NCBI GenBank assembly: GCA_902797265.1
Contig: CADBSF010000023.1
Coordinates: 1 to 57,175, forward strand
Reading direction: 5' to 3'
Length of the DNA: 57,175 nt
Source of the DNA: an uncultured Erysipelotrichaceae bacterium
GTDB lineage: Bacteria > Bacillota_I > Bacilli_A > RF39 > UBA660
Under the pieces are notes generated by a model, which saw nothing but the letters and a program-made list of their open reading frames with translations, was not told the origin of the DNA and ran no database searches. This document shows, piece by piece, positions 20,196-29,250 of the stretch (the first letter of the stretch is position 1; each line of letters begins with the position of its first letter). Both the position numbers and the translations under genes were made by a program.

Positions 20196-20468
20196 CTATA
20201 TTAACAAGTAATTATCATATCCTCCAACAATATTAACCGTATGAAAGCCTAATTGATTTAAATAATTGACACACATTTTACTTCTATTCCCATGATTACA
20301 ATATAGATAGTAAACTTCTTCTTTAGTTAAATATTTACTAGGATTTGATAATAGGATACTTTCTGGTATACAACTAGCTCCTCTTATATGTCCTTTCAAA
20401 TATTGAAATTCGCTTCTAATATCAATAATATGATCTTTATTTAATACTTCTTTGATTGAAATATTCAA
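20196..20468 (-). CDS. rhodanese-like domain protein
   Basis: 90 aa with an active-site loop CNHGNRS (C-X5-S/R) and IDIRS/GHIRGA blocks. Confidence 0.75.
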   Translation of the reverse strand: MNISIKEVLNKDHIIDIRSEFQYLKGHIRGASCIPESILLSNPSKYLTKEEVYYLYCNHGNRSKMCVNYLNQLGFHTVNIVGGYDNYLLI

Positions 20469-20494
20469 TCATATCCCCTCCCTAGTATTAAATG

Positions 20495-20526
20495 AAAAAA
20501 AAGAAATCTATTCTATAATAGATTCC
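20495..20526 (-). terminator. rho-independent terminator closing the 33-kb locus
   Basis: Minus strand: GGAATCTATT-ATAG-AATAGATTTC hairpin (one mismatch) followed by TTTTTTTT, 10 nt after the stop of the 415-aa gene. Confidence 0.7.
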
Positions 20527-20535
20527 CTATATTTT

Positions 20536-21783
20536 TTATTTAATGGTATAAGGTTCTTCTTCCGTACCTTTACCACTAGCATATTTAACACTAGATCCTA
20601 ATAAGATAACAGGTCGTACATAAGAGTAATTTCCACAACTATCAATACCAACAGAGCCTCCACCTATTACATAAAAGACACTATAAGAATTCTCTGTACT
20701 TGGTGTTGCTAACCACCAATCCGTTTTTGATACTAAGTAATTGTAATTCTTACATGATTTTGTTGTAGAAGATTTACAATTTGGATCAATACTGGCATAT
20801 AAATAATCTGATAAAGTTAGTAATCCTATTTTTTGATTTTTATATTTTGTTTTACATTCTACAGAATTATCTTTTGATTCATCAGTTTTGTCTCTTTTTC
20901 CAACACATAAATCCATTGCAACCATTCTTGCTTTATCATGAGTGGTTAAAATATCTTCATTATCTTTTTTATTAGGATTTGTATAAATCTTATCTAAATA
21001 CTCTCTTATTCTACTAGTATTGAATTCATTAATACCTGAGCTATAAGAACTATCATCATTATAACGATTATCCCATTCGACAGAATATTCTAAAGTATTA
21101 TCAAGAATTAACATCACTTGATTATTTGAATCAATCTTAACAATTCTCCATAAACTATTATCTAATTGTACGTAATTATTTAAAGTTTCTCCTCTAAAAG
21201 AATATCCTCCTTTATAGGAATATAATCCATATCCACTGGTTACAACAGGATTATCTTCTTGAATCTTTCGATATAGTTCAACAGTAACATAACTATCTCC
21301 ACAATTTAAATAAGGTAAATATAAATATTCTGTTCCACTTTTTTCTACTCTGACAGTACCAGAACATACAACGCCTTTTTTTGTATAATAAGATAAATCT
21401 TTCATCTTACCAGCAGCAACTAAATTACTAGAATCAATTTCTACGATATCTCCATCATTTACTGGTAAACTAGTTGGATAGTCTTTAAAATAACTCTTAG
21501 CAGCATTTTCCATAATCGTTTCTATTTTTTCATAAGAATAACTTTTTCCATTTAATAATGAGAATAAATAAAGAAGAAGAAATAATCCAAAAACTACTCC
21601 AATTATAATTCCCATAAAACGAAACATTCTTTTCTTAGCTTCTAATTCTAATTCTTTTTCACTCTTGTCGTCATCATCATTATTGTTATCATTGAAATCC
21701 ATTTCATCTTCATCTAGTATTTCATCATTGTCTTCATCTTTTTTCTTTGGTTTTTTTACCAAATTAAAATTCATCATCATCAT
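20536..21783 (-). CDS. membrane-anchored surface protein with C-terminal 'VRP...GKGTxExPY' module (paralog of 43638..45425 and 50002..51825)
   Basis: Acidic cytoplasmic N-terminus (DEDNDEILDEDEMDFNDNNNDDDD) and one TM helix. The ectodomain ends ...YVRPVILLGSSVKYASGKGTEEEPYTIK, matching the C-terminal ends of the two larger paralogs. Confidence 0.55.
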   Translation of the reverse strand: MMMMNFNLVKKPKKKDEDNDEILDEDEMDFNDNNNDDDDKSEKELELEAKKRMFRFMGIIIGVVFGLFLLLYLFSLLNGKSYSYEKIETIMENAAKSYFKDYPTSLPVNDGDIVEIDSSNLVAAGKMKDLSYYTKKGVVCSGTVRVEKSGTEYLYLPYLNCGDSYVTVELYRKIQEDNPVVTSGYGLYSYKGGYSFRGETLNNYVQLDNSLWRIVKIDSNNQVMLILDNTLEYSVEWDNRYNDDSSYSSGINEFNTSRIREYLDKIYTNPNKKDNEDILTTHDKARMVAMDLCVGKRDKTDESKDNSVECKTKYKNQKIGLLTLSDYLYASIDPNCKSSTTKSCKNYNYLVSKTDWWLATPSTENSYSVFYVIGGGSVGIDSCGNYSYVRPVILLGSSVKYASGKGTEEEPYTIK

Positions 21784-21788
21784 CCCTC

Positions 21789-24146
21789 CTAATTATCAAA
21801 AAAGTCATCAAAGAAATCATCATCATTTTCATCTTCTAAATCAATGGAAGTCTCTTGAGAAATCGTAGGTGTAGTAGTATCCTCTTCTAATGTATCAATT
21901 ACTTTTGGAATATTTGAAATAGAATCATCTTTTAATACATCATGAATACTGTTTGTAGTAGTAGGTGTTTCTTCCATAATAGGAGCCATAGAAAATTTTC
22001 TTTGTTCTTCTTCTCTCTTCTTTTGATCTTCTTGATTTCTTCTCTCTTCTGCTTCAATTTCTGCAATTTTAGCATCAATCTTTTTCACTAATTCATCTAC
22101 ATCAAAACCTAAATCATCCATATCATCTGTTTCTTTTGGAAGATAAGGTGCTTCTTTTTTTGGAGAATAATCTTCTATAGGAGAAAAATTAGATTGAGAT
22201 TCCATTTGTCTTTTAAAAGTTTCAAAATCTGGTATTTTAGGAAATTCTTGATTACTAGGATTTTTTCTTTCAACAGGAGTTCTCTTTAGAAAATCAGGAA
22301 TATCATCTTCATCCATATCTCTACTAATTGGTTTAATGCCAGGACTTAGATTAGGTCTAGGTCTATTTCTAGGAATTCCAATAGGAAGTGGTAATTCTTC
22401 TTTACTATCTTCATTACTGGCATTCATCATTTTTAATAATTCTTTTTTCTTTTCACTTTTTACAAATTCTTTAATATCAAAAGTATGTACTTCGTGTTTT
22501 GAACGTGTAGGATACTTAGCAGTCGGATATTTTTCTCCCCAATTTAATTTATAATTAGGAATTACTTTTGTTTTAAATGGTTGTTTTCTCATTCGTAAAA
22601 TAATGACTTCATATTGCTTCATTCTTTGTAAGTCAGATACAGTAACCAATGGTGTAGAAGCTGTCTTATCATCTTTTTTAGATTTTACTTCCCCACACAT
22701 TTTAGAGATTTCTTCTAATGCCTTTAATTCTGTTGTGATTAAGTAAACAATATTTCCACAGTTACCACGGATTGTTTCTGCATCTTCTTTTCCATAAACA
22801 GAATCTAACTGAGCAAAGTTTTGAATAATCATTGTAAAACGTATCTTTCTAGAACGAGCCGCTGTAATCATCGTAGTAACATCTTTTAAAGGAGGCATAT
22901 TAGCAAACTCATCCAATAGGAAGTTTGTTCTAATTGGAAGTTTTCCTCCATGTTTTTGTGCTGTAGAAATTAAAGTTTCATATATTTGCTTTAATAAAAT
23001 GGTTACTAAAGAATGATATGTTTTCTTTTCATCTTGAATGACAATAAATACAGCTGTTGGTTTTTCTCCAATACTTTCTAAATCAATATCTGAGTGACTT
23101 AACATTTCACTTAAATTATCACGTGAAGCAAATAATTTTACTTTTTGTTTAAATACAGATAAAATACTACCCTTAGTTTCTGCTGGAGCCATAATCGTAC
23201 TAGAAGCATTAATTGCAGCAGCACTAGAAGGATCTTTCATAGAGAAGTATTCTTTAATATAGGTAGATCCTGCAAATTTCTCTTCTCCTACTGTTGTCGC
23301 TAGAGAGATGGAATTGATATTGATTTCTTCCTCTTTGGCATCTTCAAATAATCCTAAAGCGACTCCTGAAAAGTAATCTGCAGATGTTTTTTCCCAGAAA
23401 GGATCTGCATTTTTATTTGAATCATCATACAAAATATTTAAAGCTAAGTCATCTAATAACTCAATTGCTTTGTCATGGTTACCTGCTTTATATAATTTAT
23501 AAGGCATACTCATTGGATTCCAAGCATTACCATTTTGTGGATCACGGAAATTAAGAATGAGAATTTGATATCCTCTTCTACGAAGCATTTCCGCATTTCC
23601 TTCATATATTTCACCCTTAGGGTCAGTAATAATCATAGATTCTCTAGCTTTTGCTAAACTATGAACCATAGGATGAATTATACCTTGGGTTTTTCCTGAA
23701 CCAGTTGCACCGATAATTAAAGAATGATATTCTCCATTATCAACCCACATTTCTTTCTCTTTTATGATTAAAGGGATTCCTGCTACTTTAGAATTCTTAG
23801 CTGTAATAGGAACACATTGAAGTTCTTCTTGAATTTCTTTTTCCTTTGCCCAACGTGAATAACCTTTATCTTTTTTAGCAGTAGTTAATCCAAACCCTTT
23901 TTCCCTATCAAAAATCATTGAACTAACACTAGCAAATAAACCTAATAAACATAAGAAATAAATAATGATTGTTGAAAAAATAAAATCAGGTCCAAAAGCT
24001 GGAAATGGATTTAATCCATATAATTGCCCTTCACTAGAAAAAGAATGAATATTCAAAACAGCAATCGCAACAATATATAATAAAACAATCGCAAATACAA
24101 TAAAGATTTTTAAATCATCTGCATCTGCGCGAAATTTAAATTTCAT
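21789..24146 (-). CDS. type IV secretion coupling protein (VirD4/TraG/TraD family ATPase) with long disordered acidic tail
   Basis: Two N-terminal TM helices, Walker A IIGATGSGKTQG and Walker B-type LLDEFANMPPL. The ~240-aa C-terminal P/E/D-rich tail ends DENDDDFFDDFFDN. Confidence 0.8.
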   Translation of the reverse strand: MKFKFRADADDLKIFIVFAIVLLYIVAIAVLNIHSFSSEGQLYGLNPFPAFGPDFIFSTIIIYFLCLLGLFASVSSMIFDREKGFGLTTAKKDKGYSRWAKEKEIQEELQCVPITAKNSKVAGIPLIIKEKEMWVDNGEYHSLIIGATGSGKTQGIIHPMVHSLAKARESMIITDPKGEIYEGNAEMLRRRGYQILILNFRDPQNGNAWNPMSMPYKLYKAGNHDKAIELLDDLALNILYDDSNKNADPFWEKTSADYFSGVALGLFEDAKEEEININSISLATTVGEEKFAGSTYIKEYFSMKDPSSAAAINASSTIMAPAETKGSILSVFKQKVKLFASRDNLSEMLSHSDIDLESIGEKPTAVFIVIQDEKKTYHSLVTILLKQIYETLISTAQKHGGKLPIRTNFLLDEFANMPPLKDVTTMITAARSRKIRFTMIIQNFAQLDSVYGKEDAETIRGNCGNIVYLITTELKALEEISKMCGEVKSKKDDKTASTPLVTVSDLQRMKQYEVIILRMRKQPFKTKVIPNYKLNWGEKYPTAKYPTRSKHEVHTFDIKEFVKSEKKKELLKMMNASNEDSKEELPLPIGIPRNRPRPNLSPGIKPISRDMDEDDIPDFLKRTPVERKNPSNQEFPKIPDFETFKRQMESQSNFSPIEDYSPKKEAPYLPKETDDMDDLGFDVDELVKKIDAKIAEIEAEERRNQEDQKKREEEQRKFSMAPIMEETPTTTNSIHDVLKDDSISNIPKVIDTLEEDTTTPTISQETSIDLEDENDDDFFDDFFDN

Positions 24147-24171
24147 ATGATTACTCCCTTTCTTCTTCTAT

Positions 24172-24200
24172 ATTATAACTTATCTTTTAAAAACTGTCAT
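24172..24200 (-). promoter_or_regulatory. SigA-type promoter upstream of the coupling-protein gene
   Basis: Minus strand: ATGACA-17 nt-TATAAT in the 57-nt gap. The -35 element lies 3 nt downstream of the stop codon of the previous gene. Confidence 0.45.
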
Positions 24201-24203
24201 TAT

Positions 24204-24986
24204 TTATTCATTAGAAACTAAAATTTTAAACTCATTATCATGGAACTGATATAATCTACGGATTGGAGTCATAACACTATATTTTCCACAATTAAAGATA
24301 AATTCATATTTAGAATCGTTTCCCAAATCAATAAATGCTGTAAAATATGGTTTACATCCATTATAATAATCTTTATCATCGATTTCTTCATAGATAGGAT
24401 ATATCTTTTTATTTTTAACCATAAAAACAAAAGTAAATGTCTTCTCTGAATCATGATCGGTATCAAAAGCATTGGTAACAGCATAAATATCTTCCAAAGT
24501 ATCATCATCATCCATATCAAGAGATATCACATAAGAAGAAGTAAAAGCACTATTTGTAGGAATATTATTTTCTTTTAATACTTCATTAACATATGTCATA
24601 TCAGATATTGTATTCATTGTAAAAGGAAAAATATCTAAGGTATAGTTTGCTTGATAAGCAAAGAAATTTCCTTCTACCATAATAGCATTTTTATCTTTGT
24701 CAAAAGCATACCATCTATCATCCCTCCATAGATAATAGGATCCTACTTTTTCATTATTAGAATAAATATGAAATTTTTTCCAATCATATTCTTTTAATTG
24801 TTCACTATCAGTAAGATTACTCCATTTTTTATTACGATAAACCCAAGTAGTATCATGATCAACTAATAATGTTATTTTTTTTCCTTCTTCTATCATATTT
24901 GGAATTCCTAATGTAAGTAATAATATTATAAAAAGAATTAATATACAAACAATTATTCCAATATATACTTTTTTATTATCATTCAT
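24204..24986 (-). CDS. hypothetical bitopic membrane protein (positional candidate for a VirB8/TcpC-like channel component)
   Basis: AAGGTGGG RBS lies 6 nt before the ATG at 24986 (MNDNKKVYIG...), one nt after the upstream stop. It has one TM helix and a ~220-aa ectodomain with no recognisable motif. Confidence 0.4.
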   Translation of the reverse strand: MNDNKKVYIGIIVCILILFIILLLTLGIPNMIEEGKKITLLVDHDTTWVYRNKKWSNLTDSEQLKEYDWKKFHIYSNNEKVGSYYLWRDDRWYAFDKDKNAIMVEGNFFAYQANYTLDIFPFTMNTISDMTYVNEVLKENNIPTNSAFTSSYVISLDMDDDDTLEDIYAVTNAFDTDHDSEKTFTFVFMVKNKKIYPIYEEIDDKDYYNGCKPYFTAFIDLGNDSKYEFIFNCGKYSVMTPIRRLYQFHDNEFKILVSNE

Positions 24987-24987
24987 A

Positions 24988-27438
24988 TTATCCCACCTTA
25001 AAATATACAATTTGTGTAACTTCTTCCCAGTTATATTGAGCAAACATATTTGTTGATTTACTTCCTGGATCCATCATGTTAACGGTAGTTCCAGAAACAG
25101 AATCCAAAGCAACCCAGTGTTGTCCAGTATATTCTTTTACTTTCACAATAGCATAATATCCTGGTGTTTCTGTCAATTGCTTTAATCGATTAAATTTTTC
25201 TTGTTTGGTTTGACCATTTAAAATATCTTTATCAACATAATGGAAAGTAGGCGCTATTTTAGAAACATTATAATAACTACTAAAAGCTCCTCCAGAATCA
25301 AATCCTCCTCGAGGATTTAGATATTCAACAAATGTTCCAGGATTAAAATTCGATACATTTGTTGGTACTCCACTCTTCGCAATTAATATTGCTATTGAGG
25401 TTGCTAAACAACCAATCTCACGAATCGTTCTACCACTATTTCCTAATACTACATTAACCCAAGGACCTTCATATTGTTTCCAATTCGCATACGCTCCTGT
25501 TGAAACTCCCCCACTAGAACTTGTTGTATCACATTTTTCTGAGGTTGTACAATTACTCTTATAAATATTACTAACTCCTGATGAATTATCTCCTTGATTA
25601 TATGCTTGTAATAAAATCGATTTATAATTTAAACCTTTATTAGCTAACGTCTGAAAAGTATTAGAAACTGACTTATAATTAGTAAATACCACATAACCTT
25701 GTTCATTGGTTAATACTTCTCCTTTTACTTCTTCAATGGCGCTTCTTAAGATTGAATCACTAGGAAGAGGGTCTTTACTCATAGATGTCAATTGATTTTT
25801 TCCACTACGTAGGACATTAGAATTATCTGTATAACATCCTTTCGAAGGATTACAGAATAAAGGATCTGAACTACAAGTAGATACCTCTAATATCCACTTA
25901 CCAGAAGTATCCTTATATAATTTATTATTTGTACTGGTAATAACATTTGGTTTTGCTAAAACATAACTTCTTAATGCAACAAATTGTGCTTTTAAAGCTT
26001 CTTTCGAATTAGTATCATCAAATTCCATATATCCAATTCCTAATAAATAATCTTCAAAAGGAATTAATTCTTCTCCTGATAAAACATTAGCACTAGAACA
26101 TTGATTTAATTGGACATACAAATTAGATATTTCTACTTTTTTTTCAATATTCCCTTTTCCTTTAGAAGTAAATCCTTTTATATTATAAGTACAAACTGTA
26201 CTTTTTGAACAATTATCTTCATCATTTACTTCTTTTCCTATTAAATCATAATAATTATTTACAGACTGAAATACTTCATCAGCAATTGCTTCTCTTCTTA
26301 AAACAGAGGTTTGTGGTAAATATTTTGGAATAATAGAAGCAATTAAATTCTTTCGAAATACATTTTTATCATACTCATATTCATTAAACATACCAGATAC
26401 AATTTCTTGTATAGCAGCAGAATCCATATCATCATAAGTAATCGTTGCTTTATTATTAACTAAAGCATTATAGGTACCAACAACAAGTTCTGGATCAAAT
26501 GGTTTTCCATTATTTGCATAATTCGTACTAATCTCATTTACACGATTTAAAAAGTTTTCTTGGTCTGTTGAAGTAAAATTATAATCAATTCCTCCTGTAA
26601 AATCAATGTTTCCAAAAAAAGAACCTATCCCTAGAAAATCATCAAAACTAGATAAAAATGATCCAACAAAACAAATTAAATAGAGAATAATTAATACCAT
26701 TAGAATAAAAGGGCTCAAAAACAATAGAATATTACGTAGTTTTTTTCCAATAACAGCACTTGTATCAACAGAAGAATCCTCATTATTCTCTTCGTTACTT
26801 TCTTCTCCTCGATTAAAGATACTCTTTCTTTTTTTTCGATTTAATATATTATCAGCTAAAGATTTTTCTGATTTTTTTTCCTCATCTGAAGAAGGAGAAC
26901 CATCCTGTTCTCCTTTATTATCATCTTTTTTATTTAAAATAGCTTGATCTTTTCGAAGTTTTTGTTGTTCATATTGATGCTTATTTCGCATCTCTTGCAT
27001 TCTTTGATCGTCGCTATCATTTCCTCCAACATTTTGATTTGGTCTTTGATAATTTGCTTTTCTTCTACTAAAACGTTTACCAAGCCCACTTTCACTTATT
27101 CTATTGGAAGCTTTTTGAACTTTATTTCCCCCTGGAACTACTTGATTTGCTTTGGTCATTGTTTTTCCAATGGCCTCAGTTGCCTTTCCACCAGTTACTT
27201 TATCAGCAGCTTTAACTCCTGTTCCAATGGCAGCAGCATAAGGATTGGCTGTTTTTGAGGCGACATCAGCAGCAGCACGAACATTATTTGTATTGTTACG
27301 ATTATTTCTCTCATTTTCTGCTTTCTTTCTGTCGGCAAAACTTTCGCTATGAGAATTACCATAATTAGTAGGATTATTACTACTATTAGTATTAGTATTG
27401 GTATTACCACCACTATTACCACTTGCACTTCCTGCCAC
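24988..27438 (-). CDS. T4SS-associated cell-wall hydrolase: cytoplasmic N/T/G-rich region, TM helix, SpoIID-like domain and C-terminal papain-fold (C39-like/CHAP-like) cysteine peptidase
   Basis: GTG start with a GGAGGTGA RBS. TM helix ILLFLSPFILMVLIILYLICFV, SpoIID-type block EALKAQFVALRSYVLA, and C-terminal Cys/His pair in IGCLATSIAILIAKSG ... TGQHWVALDS. Confidence 0.65.
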   Translation of the reverse strand: MAGSASGNSGGNTNTNTNSSNNPTNYGNSHSESFADRKKAENERNNRNNTNNVRAAADVASKTANPYAAAIGTGVKAADKVTGGKATEAIGKTMTKANQVVPGGNKVQKASNRISESGLGKRFSRRKANYQRPNQNVGGNDSDDQRMQEMRNKHQYEQQKLRKDQAILNKKDDNKGEQDGSPSSDEEKKSEKSLADNILNRKKRKSIFNRGEESNEENNEDSSVDTSAVIGKKLRNILLFLSPFILMVLIILYLICFVGSFLSSFDDFLGIGSFFGNIDFTGGIDYNFTSTDQENFLNRVNEISTNYANNGKPFDPELVVGTYNALVNNKATITYDDMDSAAIQEIVSGMFNEYEYDKNVFRKNLIASIIPKYLPQTSVLRREAIADEVFQSVNNYYDLIGKEVNDEDNCSKSTVCTYNIKGFTSKGKGNIEKKVEISNLYVQLNQCSSANVLSGEELIPFEDYLLGIGYMEFDDTNSKEALKAQFVALRSYVLAKPNVITSTNNKLYKDTSGKWILEVSTCSSDPLFCNPSKGCYTDNSNVLRSGKNQLTSMSKDPLPSDSILRSAIEEVKGEVLTNEQGYVVFTNYKSVSNTFQTLANKGLNYKSILLQAYNQGDNSSGVSNIYKSNCTTSEKCDTTSSSGGVSTGAYANWKQYEGPWVNVVLGNSGRTIREIGCLATSIAILIAKSGVPTNVSNFNPGTFVEYLNPRGGFDSGGAFSSYYNVSKIAPTFHYVDKDILNGQTKQEKFNRLKQLTETPGYYAIVKVKEYTGQHWVALDSVSGTTVNMMDPGSKSTNMFAQYNWEEVTQIVYFKVG

Positions 27439-27459
27439 TAATATTCACCTCCTATCTAA

Positions 27460-29250
27460 TTAGAATCCTCCTCCCATACCAAAGGAATCTAATTCTTCTT
27501 GTGTCACAGCAACATTGATTCTCATTCTTCTATCTCCACATACGAATAATGCTTCTCCTTGAGAATAATGTTTGATACTCTCTTTCTCACTCTCATTTAA
27601 ATCTATCAGTAAAGCTAAATCTTCAACAGCTTGTTTCTTAAGACCCATAACTAAATAATATGAAGAGTTATCAAAGATTGCTTTTCCTTCCGTTATAACT
27701 GCAGGGTCTGAAAAATCACTTGGCTGTTGTGTAATAATGATTGTACCTGTATTATACTTTCTTGCACGTCTTTGAACTTGAGCTAAGAAAGCAGCTCCTA
27801 ATGCATTATTATCTCCTAATAACACATGTGCTTCATCAACCATTAAAATTGTATTTACATTAAAGTCTAGGCATAGACCCCATGCATACTTTAATACATT
27901 AAAGAATAAAGCATTTTTAATAGTAGAATCACTATTCATTAATTCTTTTATATTAAATACCATAAAGTCACTACCTTTTTTAATCGTAGTATGACCATCA
28001 AAATAAAATCTTAATTCATTAACAATAGGACGTATTTTTAACTCTAATTTTTCAACAATCTCTCTTTCTTGAGTCATTTCTGTCATAGATAATAAACGAC
28101 CTTTTATTGTTGCATAAACATCTGAAAACGTTGGAAATTGATTTGATGTAAACTTAGAAAAATCTGTATTAAAATCAATTTCAAAACGTCTATAGGTATC
28201 TTGTACAATTTCAGAAAACATAGCAAGTACACTCTCTTCAATAGAAGGATCATAATACTTCATAAATGCTTTTAAAAATTGTAGAGTTCTAGTTAAAACC
28301 GTATATCCTAGTCCTTGTTTAATTTCTTCTTCATCTGCATCAATTACAATTTCTAGTGGATTAATCATTCCGAATTCTCCACCCTTAGCAATATCTACGG
28401 TATCGCCACCAAAAGCTTGTGTAATTTCTCTAAACTCATCCTCTGGATCAATAATAACAATCTGACAACCATTACGAATATGAGTTCTAAGCAACAATTT
28501 AGCAGCTGTTGACTTACCAGAACCAGAAGTACCTAAAATAATCATATTTGCATTATTTCTATTATTTTCTTTACGAATTTTATATAAAAATTGATTAAAT
28601 AAGATAACTCCTCCAGAAAAATCAACTCCTAATAAAGTAGATAATCCTGGATCTTTGATACTATCAAAGATAAATGGATACATTGCTGATATCGTAACAG
28701 ATGGAATAATGGTACCTATTCTTTGTTCAATATCTTGACTAGGGAAAATCGGTAAAATAGATTTTAAGGCTTTCTCTTGTTCAAAACGTAATGATACAGC
28801 ACGTAATTCCATTGCATCTAAATAGTTTTTAACATTTAATTTTTTTAATTCTAATTCTTCTTTTGTATCAGCAGTAATCATAATATGCAATTGAAAATCA
28901 AAATTTCTAGCTTGCGTTCCAGCAATCATAGAAGTAAAATATTCCAAACTCTCAGCATCTTGTCTAATTCTTTCTCTAACAGTTTGATCTTTTTCATTCT
29001 GATATTGTTCCTTCAATTCAGCTACTTGTTTATTTAACATCTTAACCATTTCTTGATAAGGAACAGGAATATGTTTCGCTACTACTTTTATTCCACTCAT
29101 ATTAGTAAGACTAGATAAATACCCAGGAGAAATATATTTTGGATAAGATACTACTGTTAGTATCGTAGCATATTTATCACTAATAAAGAAATCACTAGGT
29201 GAAAAGTGTAATCCTTTAGGAGCAAGTTGACTTCTTAATCCTGTACTCAT
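27460..29250 (-). CDS. VirB4-family T4SS ATPase, C-terminal part (ATPase domain)
   Basis: Walker A IILGTSGSGKSTAAK and Walker B ILMVDEAHVLL. 596 aa; full-length Gram-positive VirB4 proteins are ~800 aa. Its ATG overlaps the stop of the preceding ORF (ATGA). Confidence 0.85.
   Translation of the reverse strand: MSTGLRSQLAPKGLHFSPSDFFISDKYATILTVVSYPKYISPGYLSSLTNMSGIKVVAKHIPVPYQEMVKMLNKQVAELKEQYQNEKDQTVRERIRQDAESLEYFTSMIAGTQARNFDFQLHIMITADTKEELELKKLNVKNYLDAMELRAVSLRFEQEKALKSILPIFPSQDIEQRIGTIIPSVTISAMYPFIFDSIKDPGLSTLLGVDFSGGVILFNQFLYKIRKENNRNNANMIILGTSGSGKSTAAKLLLRTHIRNGCQIVIIDPEDEFREITQAFGGDTVDIAKGGEFGMINPLEIVIDADEEEIKQGLGYTVLTRTLQFLKAFMKYYDPSIEESVLAMFSEIVQDTYRRFEIDFNTDFSKFTSNQFPTFSDVYATIKGRLLSMTEMTQEREIVEKLELKIRPIVNELRFYFDGHTTIKKGSDFMVFNIKELMNSDSTIKNALFFNVLKYAWGLCLDFNVNTILMVDEAHVLLGDNNALGAAFLAQVQRRARKYNTGTIIITQQPSDFSDPAVITEGKAIFDNSSYYLVMGLKKQAVEDLALLIDLNESEKESIKHYSQGEALFVCGDRRMRINVAVTQEELDSFGMGGGF

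Noticed and set aside
20469-20535. Direct repeats (att sites) at the two borders of the 33-kb locus (20469-20535 versus 53387-53536)
   Set aside because: Comparing the two border regions by eye shows only A/T runs and unrelated terminator hairpins, with no shared repeat of 12 nt or more. No tRNA or integrase is adjacent. Short att repeats cannot be excluded without a computed alignment.
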